A DNA stretch of 64,000 bases from the IMG/VR virus record IMGVR_UViG_3300024261_002043, positions 1 through 64,000 of that record. One strand, given 5' to 3'. Positions 17,499-27,980 of this stretch are shown one piece after another. A program made the position numbers and the translations under genes. Under the pieces are notes generated by a model. That model saw only the letters and a program-made list of their open reading frames with translations. It was not told the origin of the DNA and searched no databases. Numbering within the stretch: position 1 is the stretch's first letter; every line of letters begins with the position of its first letter. Source of the stretch: a virus.

Positions 17499-19886
17499 TC
17501 AGAAGTCTAGCTTAACTCTTACAACAAACTTATCATTTTCTCTTTTTATAATAGCTTGTGAAAATGTTGTCTTACCTATAATATTAAGGTTTTCATCGTG
17601 CAAGTTAACATTCGTTATATAACAAAACTTGTTTAGCTTATCAGAGTCTTGGTCAGTCGGTTTTAGGTCTTTATACGTGTTATTTGTCGATAGATCAAGC
17701 TCACCTCTATCTGTTGGAACATCAATCTTTAACACATGAATATTTTGCTGGCCTTTTAAGGCGATAGAAAACTGGTCTACACCAAAGCGAGGTATAAGAG
17801 GAGACTTTACGATGCCGATACCTTCATCGTACATTAACGCACCAACATCGTTCCATGTCGCTGCCTTTGTTAATGCGTCGGCCCTGTATAGGCTACCACT
17901 GTGGTCTTTTAGAGTGATTGCTATTCTACCGCCTGAACCTGTTATAGCTGTATCCGTTAAGGAATATGTTCCAGGGTCTATTCTATTACCATAAAACAAG
18001 TTGCTTGCATCAAAAACAGATATTTCGTTTGAAGAAGGGTCTCTAGTGCGATTGTAGATTGTTAATATTGAACCGGCAGGTATACTAGGGTCATCAGGAG
18101 TTGCACCTTGCAGCTGTTCAGACATTGAGCCTGGTGTTTCTGTGCCTAATAGACCTTGACCTATAGAAGCAGTTGGTAGAAGATTATCCAGATGAACCAT
18201 AGAAAGATCTTGCTCACCCCTATCATCCACAAATAATGATAGCGCAGATCCTGTTGCTACTTGACTTAATATGTCAAAATTAGGATTAAATATCCCATTA
18301 TCATTTGGCAGAATAGTCAGGTTTCTCTTTCTAACACTCCCAGTCGAAAACAAATAATTGTTTGCAGATGACCAACCTGTCGAAGTATTTATCGTTGAAC
18401 CGCTTAAAGCCCAAAGTCTAGGGAATGATCCTTCTACAAATTCTTTTACGAAATTCTCTAAATTTAAATAGTGACCGCCGACACCGAATGAGAGCGGAAC
18501 GTTAAATGGATCGTCAGTTGAACCTTGGACAGTCTGGAACGGTGTCTGAAGTATATCTCTTATGTTAGTCTCTTTCACAAACATAGGTGGGACATAAAAC
18601 ACTAGTCCTGAAGCTTTTTCGGCGTCTAAATTGTCAAAACTGCCAGTAATGGATGCATTTATTTCTCCATCAGTTCTGAACTTGTTATATATCTTTAGCT
18701 CATGAACCTCGGCATTCAGCGGATGTGTAAATGCATAGTCGTCAGGATCTGGTATACCTGATGAAAGTGGGGCATAGAAGTTCTTAATGCCATCAGTAAC
18801 TGAAACTGCCGGGTTAAAAAATTGTGCAGTAAAGTCCTCATCACCAGAAGGGTCAACAGAGTTTGGTCCTTCATAAAAATTACCGATAAACAACACATCG
18901 GCCGGACCTCTGTTAACATCTACTCCTTCACGAGGTACCGTTGGATCTAGACTTTGGCTTAACCCGGTATATGACAATGGCATTGGGAAATTGCCTGCAG
19001 ACTTTCCATCTATCACAAATGAACCTGTTGAGTTCTGAGTTTGCGAGTCCCATCTAATACAGCAGTGGTGCCAGTGGTTTCTGGATAGCGAGTTATCAGA
19101 AGATGAGAATATATATTCGTATAGAGGAGTTCTAGGTCCTGACATACCTAACTCACACTCTGTTGGGGTTACACCAGCTGAGTGACTTAGTTGTAACATT
19201 AACCTAAACTTATCTACGTATCCATCTGAGTCTTTTGAGCTGCCCGACACTAACGATATTGCATATGATCGAGACATATGAAATAGAGTCCCGGCTCTAT
19301 AGTTACCTTTGTTAGGATAATCCTTATAACGCGGGTTCACGAAAAACTCAAAGGAAAATGATCCGGTCGGCTTGTATAGGGAGCCAGAAGCAGGGTACAT
19401 CAAAACAGAATCAGCAGGTACCTCTTCGTCGTACGTACTAAAAAAGTTTATGGTATTATAGTTCGTAAAAGACCAGTTGTACGGTCGACCGTGCTTTGGG
19501 CGATAGTACGCAAACAGATTATTCTTTATTACTCCCTTACGAACAGTGTCTTTAGTAAATTTAAAAGATGGCTCAAATCTTAAGATCTCCATCTTCTTAG
19601 TAAATCTAGAGTTAGCAGTAATGTCTTGAACTGTTTGAATGTATTCTTCTAGTAGCGCTTCAGTTGTACCTGTCTCAAGAATTGTTAATCTTAAATCCTC
19701 TAGACCCCCGTCGTCGAATATAATATCGGTAGACGTATCCGCGACCTCTTTCATGGTAGTTGATGCGTCAGGAAATACACGTATTGAACCAGTGACACCA
19801 GAACTAGATGATGTAAACGTTCTTGATGGTTTTGCTAAAACCTTGTAGGTATCGAAATAATTCTCATTGATCCTAAAGAGGGACAT
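17499..19886 (-). CDS. Virion structural protein with LamG-like domain and C-terminal tail-collar-like motif
   Basis: FSFEFFVNP..HWHHCCIRWD..ELKIYNK LamG pattern; C-terminus YITNVNLHD..IIGK..VRVKLDF shared with 19899..21227. Confidence 0.65.
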   Translation of the reverse strand: MSLFRINENYFDTYKVLAKPSRTFTSSSSGVTGSIRVFPDASTTMKEVADTSTDIIFDDGGLEDLRLTILETGTTEALLEEYIQTVQDITANSRFTKKMEILRFEPSFKFTKDTVRKGVIKNNLFAYYRPKHGRPYNWSFTNYNTINFFSTYDEEVPADSVLMYPASGSLYKPTGSFSFEFFVNPRYKDYPNKGNYRAGTLFHMSRSYAISLVSGSSKDSDGYVDKFRLMLQLSHSAGVTPTECELGMSGPRTPLYEYIFSSSDNSLSRNHWHHCCIRWDSQTQNSTGSFVIDGKSAGNFPMPLSYTGLSQSLDPTVPREGVDVNRGPADVLFIGNFYEGPNSVDPSGDEDFTAQFFNPAVSVTDGIKNFYAPLSSGIPDPDDYAFTHPLNAEVHELKIYNKFRTDGEINASITGSFDNLDAEKASGLVFYVPPMFVKETNIRDILQTPFQTVQGSTDDPFNVPLSFGVGGHYLNLENFVKEFVEGSFPRLWALSGSTINTSTGWSSANNYLFSTGSVRKRNLTILPNDNGIFNPNFDILSQVATGSALSLFVDDRGEQDLSMVHLDNLLPTASIGQGLLGTETPGSMSEQLQGATPDDPSIPAGSILTIYNRTRDPSSNEISVFDASNLFYGNRIDPGTYSLTDTAITGSGGRIAITLKDHSGSLYRADALTKAATWNDVGALMYDEGIGIVKSPLIPRFGVDQFSIALKGQQNIHVLKIDVPTDRGELDLSTNNTYKDLKPTDQDSDKLNKFCYITNVNLHDENLNIIGKTTFSQAIIKRENDKFVVRVKLDF

Positions 19887-19898
19887 AGCACTCCCTCC

Positions 19899-21227
19899 TT
19901 AAAAGTCAAGCCGCACTCTGATAGTCAAATCTCTCTCGTCATTCTTTTCAATCGGGCGAGATAATTTTGCAACGGCCAAGAGTGTATCATTTGCGTCGTA
20001 CAGGCCAACAGTGGTAATATAGCTAAAGGACCTTTGTACTGACTCTTGACCATTCTCGATTACGACTATACGATTGTCTTTGGTATACGAGGGGTTTGAA
20101 GAGTAATTAAACTCATCTGCGGTTGCTCTGCAAAATATAAGATTTGAATTTATATTAGTGTTGTTCTGGAACGTAGTTGCAGTTAATGAACCGCTGGAAA
20201 AACGCGTGGTAGCTAGATGATCCACAATCTCGTCGACGCTGGCTGAAACCATCAGGTCAGGAATAAACTTTGGTAAAAGCTCCCACTGATCAGCAACTGC
20301 GGCCTCGGTAAGAGCGCTTTTACCCATTATTTGTTTTCCTAGTGGTGAGTCGTCTGTGAGCTGTACACCGGCGACCATCGCAGATATCGAGCCAGATATT
20401 CTTGCGTCTGGATCTACTGCTCGGGTGCGTAGGGCATTCGTGGCCCCTTTTCCACCTAAGTTTAGAACAGCGATACCGGCGTCATAGAATATTAATCCTA
20501 CGTGCTTTGAAGAATCAGATGAGTCAACTAGGTTACCAACTTCTCCACCGAATGTTCTTCTCCTGTGGTTTGAAGAACCGAAGTCCGTGAATATTTTAGC
20601 ACTTCCGGTTGCAGTAGAAGATATATTAGGGGTGCTAAGAAAATATTTTTCGTCCGCCACAGAGTTCGAATCGTTACCAGCTGGTTGTGGATACATCTTT
20701 AAAGCAAATGTCTCTCTCTTTATTTTATCTCTAGAGAATAATCTCTTAAATGACACAAAACATGCACTGTCAACTTGATCGTTAGTTTCTACTGAGCCAA
20801 ACGGCGTGGCGAAAAAAGCGTTAGAGTCACCTAACAAAGCTGATGCGTATTGCTTGTATATATCTATTTTTTCTCGCATCATCAATGATTGAGATGGAAA
20901 TAACATTTTTCCAGAGTCCAATGTCTGTGTTAGCGATCCAGTGACGGGGTCCCCGGCCTGGTATAAGCCAACCGTCATATCCAGGATTGGGTTAGCAGTT
21001 TGAAGAGTAAAATCTTGATCGTATACAGTCTGGTATAAAGATGACGTAACACCAGGTCCTACACCACCAGTGACAAACATCTGATATGACTTTCTTGTTG
21101 CAGAGCCAGATATATCTTCCTGTATTACGTCGACAAGTTGATTTAAAACAGACCTAGCCGTTTTTTTGTCATACCTCTGATTAATTTCTTTTGTTGACCC
21201 AAACTGGGGTTCATGATTTGCTGACAT
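19899..21227 (-). CDS. Virion structural protein (baseplate/collar-associated)
   Basis: C-terminal FNYSSNPS..YITTVGLYD..LLAVAKLSRPIEK..IRVRLDF. Confidence 0.65.
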   Translation of the reverse strand: MSANHEPQFGSTKEINQRYDKKTARSVLNQLVDVIQEDISGSATRKSYQMFVTGGVGPGVTSSLYQTVYDQDFTLQTANPILDMTVGLYQAGDPVTGSLTQTLDSGKMLFPSQSLMMREKIDIYKQYASALLGDSNAFFATPFGSVETNDQVDSACFVSFKRLFSRDKIKRETFALKMYPQPAGNDSNSVADEKYFLSTPNISSTATGSAKIFTDFGSSNHRRRTFGGEVGNLVDSSDSSKHVGLIFYDAGIAVLNLGGKGATNALRTRAVDPDARISGSISAMVAGVQLTDDSPLGKQIMGKSALTEAAVADQWELLPKFIPDLMVSASVDEIVDHLATTRFSSGSLTATTFQNNTNINSNLIFCRATADEFNYSSNPSYTKDNRIVVIENGQESVQRSFSYITTVGLYDANDTLLAVAKLSRPIEKNDERDLTIRVRLDF

Positions 21228-21250
21228 TTTTCTTCAGTTCTCCTTAACCG

Positions 21251-21961
21251 TTATTGAGGACGTTTGATAACAACCGTCATATCAGATCTTGCACCGGACT
21301 GAAGTCCCTGGACTGAGAATGTTGTAGTTATCTGGCCGGTGTTACCTTGATCGCCATAATAGTTGAACAAGTTGTTTGATAATGCTTTTACTTTTAGTGT
21401 AAAAGTTAAAGCTGAGCCGTTCGTTAATCCGGTGGCGCTCCCTGGGGAGGCACTCATTACGTAGTGCGCAACATCATCACTGTCTCTGGAGTCAGGAGCG
21501 TCTCCAACTATTTCGAGGAATTTAGCTGGAATCTTCACTATAAACATACTGTCAGCTAACTCTGCATCGAGAGATTGCTCACCTTCTAGCTTTTGCTCAA
21601 ACGTCACTCGCGTTTGGGGAGCGCCGCCGGCGGCTGTTGTCATAGCGATTGTGCTGGTGGTACCCACGATACTTAAGCTTGGAAGATTATACAACGCAGC
21701 GTTACCGTAAGTTAACAACCTATATTTTAAGGCAAGGTTTTGGTTCGTCTGTGCTTCAAAAACCGGGGTATTTAGCTCTATCTTTTGCTTTCCAACTGTT
21801 CTGCCGAACTTTTTTATTAAGGTATAGTCGACTTCATCGTCCCCAAAAGCAAATTTCACTATGCTAAATGACCCGTCGTTTCTGGACAAGGCTTCTCTGC
21901 CTGCGTCTGTTAACACGGCGTCAACTATGATATTATTTGTACTATTATCTAAAAATCCCAT
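21251..21961 (-). CDS. Virion structural protein
   Basis: N-terminal DAVLTDAGREALS..KFAFGDDEVDY; AAGGAG RBS; paralogous N-terminus with 30589..31518. Confidence 0.65.
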   Translation of the reverse strand: MGFLDNSTNNIIVDAVLTDAGREALSRNDGSFSIVKFAFGDDEVDYTLIKKFGRTVGKQKIELNTPVFEAQTNQNLALKYRLLTYGNAALYNLPSLSIVGTTSTIAMTTAAGGAPQTRVTFEQKLEGEQSLDAELADSMFIVKIPAKFLEIVGDAPDSRDSDDVAHYVMSASPGSATGLTNGSALTFTLKVKALSNNLFNYYGDQGNTGQITTTFSVQGLQSGARSDMTVVIKRPQ

Positions 21962-21983
21962 TTTTTTACTCCTTGACCAATGC

Positions 21984-21990
21984 TAAATAT
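21984..21990 (-). promoter_or_regulatory. Putative late promoter ATATTTA
   Basis: 23 nt upstream of the 21961 start. Confidence 0.55.
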
Positions 21991-22046
21991 ACGCTGGCAC
22001 AAATAACGTAAAACATTATTATCTTTAATCATCTTCCCTGTCTTTT

Positions 22047-23960
22047 TCATCGGCGACTAGAATCTTTTCGCCTAGCCTTTGATCTTGCCGCTAATTCTTT
22101 TAATTTTTTAGCTCTAATAGCCGCCTTCTTAGAGCCGCTCGGCTTCGTACTCTTACCTCGACTAGACTCATTTTGTTCATTGTAGATTAGATCGTCAATT
22201 TTAATCTCAAACTTTTGTTCTAAAAGTCTGTCTGTATTTATAAACTGGAACACATATTTTGATACGGCATCGCTCGTGTTTGTTGAGAACACCGGTATGG
22301 ACTCTCCGGTCTTATCAATAAGTGTATAAGCTTCAGGATCAAAGTAAATACTCACGTTTGTATGAGCTGAGTCTTTCATCGAGTCTATAAAAAAGTTCTC
22401 TTGAAGAGTCCAGTTTGGATATTGCTTTGGTGCGTCCTTAAAGCATACTAGCTTTCTGTCTATTCTATTTTTCGAAGAATTAAACACTACCCTAGTTTGA
22501 GTTGAATACCCGGAACTTAGCTGCCTAGCGTCAATAGACACGACTGCGTATATCGCACCAGACTCCTTGTTGAACTCATGATCTGTAAAAGCGTACACGG
22601 GGCGGGGGGACGCGACAACTAAGCCTGGATCAATATATTCGGAAGGGTCTGTTCGTATTATTGAGTCGTCAAAATCGAGATGAGCTAACAGCTCAAAAGG
22701 TTCAGAGGTTGTCTTTCTTCTAAATACTTGATAGTATTTTACATCACGCTGCGGATTAGTTGGTGGGCTCCAGAATATGTTTAGACCCCCAGTACTGTAT
22801 TCGTAACTATATCTTACGTCACTCGGTGGATCAGGCTTAATATTCTCTGTGGCATCAAGCTGTACTGGTTGACTTGGCTTTGACGCGACTAAAAACTTGT
22901 AGCGGTATTTGTCTCCATCAGCTGTAGTGACAGGTACAAGAAATAATGACAGTGTTCTTGCTGTATACTCATATGTTTGCCCGTACGCGACTTTGCTATC
23001 GTATATGACGTTTGGCCGAGGGCCAGCAACTATTACTGGCGGCATTGGGTATTTCTTTCCTTTAAATACCCTTGTCTTTTCTATTAGTAAGCCGACAACA
23101 GCTGCTTGTGCTGGTATCACTTGTCTAGAATTACCGGCTGGCTGAGGTAATATAGACAGATGAGGTATGTTAAACTCTAGTTCGTCGGAGCGTGTCGGAC
23201 TGATCTCACCGATTGTATTTGTTGAGTTCTTTAGTCTTGATGTAGCCAGAGTAAAGTTGGCATTAACAGTACTATCAAGTAACGACGTGCCTCTTTCCAC
23301 AGATCTTCTTAGCATCATAGGGGCAAATGATGAATTTAACTGCACTCCAGATTGTATTCTGTCTAGACCCTGTGTTTGTTCAGCAAAGCTGGCTTGAGTC
23401 AATGATCCTATAGGGCTGTCATTAAGCTCTGGTGGTATCATCAATGATAAGGTGTCAGGATCTACACTGGTCGTTGCACATAATTTTGTTAGTGCTGATT
23501 GAGGGCTGTCACCTGACTCTATATATCTGTTAAGCTTCATAATCATTAGATTATGAAGCTCTTCTGAGATTAGGCTATTACCAATAGCAAATGCAGAGTA
23601 TACATCTGACGTTGCGTTAGTTTCTGTTACGAGCTTACCAGAAGATAGCCAGTTAGTCAACTGTTTTTTAGTTGCAGTTAGAATAGATGACCTGTTAATA
23701 TTCGCATCAGTCATACTAGCAGTATCAGAGAATGATATATCAATCTTGACAAGTCGAGGGACTCTAGCATTTATATTAGAGAAATCAGGGGATGATTTTC
23801 TTTTAAATCTATCGGGTAATGTTCCGTCTATATCGCTAAACCCTGATTCATCGATTGATTCATTTGGCGTAAAGAAATTGTATATAAACTTTGGTCTAAC
23901 AGACACAACTTCTGGTGAATCAAAAACGTGGACAGGTTTGCTTGGATATGATGTGGTCAC
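22047..23960 (-). CDS. Virion protein with fibronectin type III-like domain(s)
   Basis: KPDPPSDV..LNIFWSPP..VKYYQVFRRK..FTD..YAVVSID FN3 pattern; basic C-terminal tail. Confidence 0.65.
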   Translation of the reverse strand: MTTSYPSKPVHVFDSPEVVSVRPKFIYNFFTPNESIDESGFSDIDGTLPDRFKRKSSPDFSNINARVPRLVKIDISFSDTASMTDANINRSSILTATKKQLTNWLSSGKLVTETNATSDVYSAFAIGNSLISEELHNLMIMKLNRYIESGDSPQSALTKLCATTSVDPDTLSLMIPPELNDSPIGSLTQASFAEQTQGLDRIQSGVQLNSSFAPMMLRRSVERGTSLLDSTVNANFTLATSRLKNSTNTIGEISPTRSDELEFNIPHLSILPQPAGNSRQVIPAQAAVVGLLIEKTRVFKGKKYPMPPVIVAGPRPNVIYDSKVAYGQTYEYTARTLSLFLVPVTTADGDKYRYKFLVASKPSQPVQLDATENIKPDPPSDVRYSYEYSTGGLNIFWSPPTNPQRDVKYYQVFRRKTTSEPFELLAHLDFDDSIIRTDPSEYIDPGLVVASPRPVYAFTDHEFNKESGAIYAVVSIDARQLSSGYSTQTRVVFNSSKNRIDRKLVCFKDAPKQYPNWTLQENFFIDSMKDSAHTNVSIYFDPEAYTLIDKTGESIPVFSTNTSDAVSKYVFQFINTDRLLEQKFEIKIDDLIYNEQNESSRGKSTKPSGSKKAAIRAKKLKELAARSKARRKDSSRR

Positions 23961-23966
23961 GGTTTA

Positions 23967-26900
23967 TTAACTCCCTTGGTCATTACGTGGGTAGAGCCGT
24001 TCTACCCACTCGTTAGGTGCCGGTGGGCGGTTGTAGAAATTAACATGGCCATACCCTAACGTGATATAGACTTCGTATGAGATCAATGTTGGATCAAGCG
24101 TTTCAGGTCCAATATCTACCCTGGCATTCTGAGCATCAACGTTGGCATTGTTAGCGATATTGAGGTCTTCTTCCGGATTGTGACTATTGTTTTCATCAAC
24201 CTCAAAATCTTCATCCTCAAATGCTATACATATATTTTTTTCAAAAATTGTACCTATGCTAATGTTCTTAGACTCTTTTTCGACGTCGAATAAAGTTCCA
24301 TAACTATTTGCATAATCAAACGTAGAGTAGTAGAACGGATTATAGAAATCTTTTCTATTGATGTCTATTTTACCAGTTTCGTTATTATAGAGCATTAATT
24401 CTTTAAATTTGCGATTATCAGGATCGAACGCTAGGTTACTAGCACTTAAGAAAGACTCTGTACTTGTATCTACAAATCTAAACAGGCCTAGATCTATGTT
24501 CTTAGTAATGCTAATGTCTCTCGCTTCTTTTAGCATCGGGAATGATTTTTCCTCAAGGTCTATGTCGAATTGCAGGTCAAGGTAACCTTTAAAAGCCCAG
24601 TCACTTGTGTGGTTTATGAACAGCTCCATAGCTAGCTCTTCTCCGTACTGTGCAGTAAGACTCTCAACTAGGGTCGTGTCATATACTTCTGCTTTTTCAA
24701 AGTTGTTAGATATGTCAGTAAAAATAAATCCTTCGTCCCATGTTTCTTTAATAAACAGATTCCTGGAAAATTTATATGATATCGGAGTGTAGTTAATGTT
24801 TGGTTTAGAGTGATCTATTTTCTTAATAATGACTTGAAATACTTCATCTGCACTGCGAAGGTCATTATCTTGTGTTATTTGGTCTAAAGGTACAGGGGCA
24901 CTTTCTAGACCTTGCAATAGACCAGAAGGTATACCTACAGCAATCACCTTACTGTTTGGTGTATGCTTACGCCTTATGAAGTCAGATGATAATACATCAA
25001 TCATATATTCAAAAGATGAAGTACTCACTGTGTTGTCGTTTAACTTTTTTCCACCGTAGTTTAAATCTCTGCTGTTTAACTTCTCTTGATATTGTAGCAG
25101 CAACTTCACGACATCTCTGCTGGGCACAAGACCAGCCAAGAGCCTAGCGCCTAATGTTGTATTATCATGAACGCTAAGTAGCGTTTCATTAGACACCTCT
25201 AGCCAGCTCCTATTTACATTTTGAAAATACTGAATTAGTCCTGGAGCAAAACTTGTTAAAAAGTTAAACTCTTCTTCTATTTCGCTAATAGTACTCGCGA
25301 TGTCTGGAAATGCCTCTGAGAACTCAGCCATCATAACATCCCGAGTCTCATGCGCAGGTATGTCGGATGGTGAAGTGCCACGCTGTGGTGGGAATGTTAG
25401 CATATTATCCCATACTCTGAGGTTGTGGTGCCGAGTGGAGAATGCAGGGAGGAGACCGGTTGAAGGCATGTGGTCTGACACATTGACGTTACCGATCGCG
25501 TAGGTAGGAGCCTCTACAAAAGTTACAGCGTTCAGCACCGCAAAATATACCTTACAATACAATGATGTATTTGCTAAGAACATCATATCCTTAGATACTC
25601 CTGAATAGTATGACACTCCCGGACTGCCTCTGTCACTGGTACTAGTTATATCTGGAAAAAATATCGGATCAGATCCGTCAGCTAATGTACCCTCAAACTC
25701 TATTATCTCGTCAAAAACGCCGCCTCCAGTTTTATCCATTAACGCTTCTTTAATATCGCGATTCGCCCACCTTATCTCGTGTGGGAGGGTTGTTCCAACG
25801 GGCGGAGCATTGGTTTGCGGACGAGCCTCGCCGGACAGGGCTTCGTGGATATGTTCCGCAAAAACTCCACAAATATCCTCGAACGTCCGGTTGAAGAGCG
25901 ACTCTAATGTTCCAGAGTCTCCGTCTCCTAGCGGTTGTTCAAATTCGACTGTTGTTTCTTGAGCAGGAGCGAGTATATTTTGCGAAACGCCGGAGCCGTC
26001 TAGAGGCGGGGTAATAGTCATATTTCTAGGGATCGCTGTGAATGTTGTACTCGTTGTAGGTTGGTCGAGGCCAGTGTACCCGCCCGTATTACTTATAAGA
26101 AGTCGAGAGCTTCGGAACAACGAAGATGCGCCAGGTGGTGGTGATCCGGTGCCGTTATACTCAAACATTTTTTCCTGGCGAAAGGCAAGATACATAAGCA
26201 AAAAATCAAATAATCTCTGGTCTTCACCGCACATCCTTAAAACATGCGCAGCCAGTGTCTGATTTCGGTACCGACTAGACATGCTCGTCATCGAGTTGTA
26301 GCATCGTCGAAGGATGTTAGTTAATGGTCGGAGTGCTGCTTCAGCCGCTGTATTATCGATGGATTCTGGCACACAACATCTTTGTATCTGCTCGCCGGCG
26401 TACGTAAAGAGTGACGATGCAGCTTCATACGGAGATAGGTATGGGTTGTCTCCAACACCATCGTATGTAGCACGTTGAGATTGTGGCATAATTAACTGAT
26501 CTGTGACATTATTGAACCGCGGATTTGCTGCTATCTCATACATCTCTTCTATAAAACCGCCAGCTGTCATCGCACGGGTTGATCCGTCGGAACCTACGAC
26601 TTCACTGCTCTCGAATGGGTAGTTCATCCTAGTGTTTTCGCGGCGAGAATCAAAGAGCATACGATTTACTTTGCTTTGAAAGACGATGTTATTACCGGTC
26701 CCTGTATTTGAATTAGACGAGCCTGTATCTCTAAAGGCGGAAGGTAATCGTGTGGCGTTTTTATCAACGTTAAAAAGCTTATAAGGGTTAGTTGACTCTC
26801 TAGATAAAGAGCTTATTCCTTCAGTGCTTAAAGATACTCCGACACCATTTTTGGATAGATTTTGAGAGAATGAAACCTCCTTACCTATGATGTTTGTCAG

Positions 26901-27980
26901 TATTTTCATAGAAAGATGTACATCTTTAGTATATTCGTCCCGGAACTCCTTATACATGTCACGGGTAGCTAGCGCGGCTAATGGTTGAACACGTGCTCGT
27001 AAGCTGTCGTATATCCTCATAAGCCGAGTATCTGGTCTTTCCACCAGTTCTGGGCCCGGTATTATCTCTCTATCATTAACATCTTCGGCTAAGCGCGGGG
27101 TTGAGTAGTAGAGGGAGTCTGCGTAATTTATAAGATATGTGTATAGTAACTCAGTTGATGAAGTATTTCCACCTGTTAGAGAAAAAGCGCTGTTTGCTTC
27201 TTCAACACCAGGTAGGTTTATAATCTTTAGAGAATCAAAAAAGCGTAATCTAGCGTTTATATGATCTTTTAGGTCTTCTGCGAATGGAATTTCTGGAAAC
27301 CTTGTATTAATAGATCTTTGGAGCCCTTGAGAGTCTTTTAGGTCTAGGTCTCCCAACGTATCAATGTTCAGCATTCTTGCTGCTCTTTTGTATAATATAC
27401 TATCGTACGAAAGATCAGCTGTCTTATCTCCTATACTATCAAAGCATGGTACAAAATCGCATAATGCGAGAATAACTGGCGATACTGCTTGGTTATAAGA
27501 TATATCTGTCGTTGGCTTAGGGAGTACTTCTGCTTCGGCGCCTTTGTCGGTATTGTTATTGTTATTTGTATTGGATGAAAGGTCTCTTATAAATGAATCA
27601 CCAGATTTGCCAGTAGGGTCGTATTCGTTTGTTTTTGATCCATTATCTTTTTTATTTCTAAGTACTTTTAAATTGTTATCTTGATTAGCTTTGATTTGTG
27701 CAGCTCTAGTAGTAAACTGCTGTTTAGACGGACCTTCCCTTGTTGCCTTTGACTTAGAGCCTTTTAATTGGTTCCTTCTTACTTTCCGGCCTTTTACGGT
27801 GGTGGAAGATTCAGCAGTTTGCTGAGCCTCAACTGGATCTGGTATTACCTGCGCTTCAGCATTTTGAAGGTCATCTAGCCGAATGTTTCTTAATAGCATA
27901 TCCTCTAAGGAAACGAACGAATTACTCTCCTCAGCTGAGGCTAGGGAAAACTTAAGATTGTATAATAAGCTGTTTGACAT
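23967..27980 (-). CDS. Large hypothetical (probably virion) protein
   Basis: 1337 aa ORF coupled to its neighbour in the structural operon. Confidence 0.7.
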   Translation of the reverse strand: MSNSLLYNLKFSLASAEESNSFVSLEDMLLRNIRLDDLQNAEAQVIPDPVEAQQTAESSTTVKGRKVRRNQLKGSKSKATREGPSKQQFTTRAAQIKANQDNNLKVLRNKKDNGSKTNEYDPTGKSGDSFIRDLSSNTNNNNNTDKGAEAEVLPKPTTDISYNQAVSPVILALCDFVPCFDSIGDKTADLSYDSILYKRAARMLNIDTLGDLDLKDSQGLQRSINTRFPEIPFAEDLKDHINARLRFFDSLKIINLPGVEEANSAFSLTGGNTSSTELLYTYLINYADSLYYSTPRLAEDVNDREIIPGPELVERPDTRLMRIYDSLRARVQPLAALATRDMYKEFRDEYTKDVHLSMKILTNIIGKEVSFSQNLSKNGVGVSLSTEGISSLSRESTNPYKLFNVDKNATRLPSAFRDTGSSNSNTGTGNNIVFQSKVNRMLFDSRRENTRMNYPFESSEVVGSDGSTRAMTAGGFIEEMYEIAANPRFNNVTDQLIMPQSQRATYDGVGDNPYLSPYEAASSLFTYAGEQIQRCCVPESIDNTAAEAALRPLTNILRRCYNSMTSMSSRYRNQTLAAHVLRMCGEDQRLFDFLLMYLAFRQEKMFEYNGTGSPPPGASSLFRSSRLLISNTGGYTGLDQPTTSTTFTAIPRNMTITPPLDGSGVSQNILAPAQETTVEFEQPLGDGDSGTLESLFNRTFEDICGVFAEHIHEALSGEARPQTNAPPVGTTLPHEIRWANRDIKEALMDKTGGGVFDEIIEFEGTLADGSDPIFFPDITSTSDRGSPGVSYYSGVSKDMMFLANTSLYCKVYFAVLNAVTFVEAPTYAIGNVNVSDHMPSTGLLPAFSTRHHNLRVWDNMLTFPPQRGTSPSDIPAHETRDVMMAEFSEAFPDIASTISEIEEEFNFLTSFAPGLIQYFQNVNRSWLEVSNETLLSVHDNTTLGARLLAGLVPSRDVVKLLLQYQEKLNSRDLNYGGKKLNDNTVSTSSFEYMIDVLSSDFIRRKHTPNSKVIAVGIPSGLLQGLESAPVPLDQITQDNDLRSADEVFQVIIKKIDHSKPNINYTPISYKFSRNLFIKETWDEGFIFTDISNNFEKAEVYDTTLVESLTAQYGEELAMELFINHTSDWAFKGYLDLQFDIDLEEKSFPMLKEARDISITKNIDLGLFRFVDTSTESFLSASNLAFDPDNRKFKELMLYNNETGKIDINRKDFYNPFYYSTFDYANSYGTLFDVEKESKNISIGTIFEKNICIAFEDEDFEVDENNSHNPEEDLNIANNANVDAQNARVDIGPETLDPTLISYEVYITLGYGHVNFYNRPPAPNEWVERLYPRNDQGS

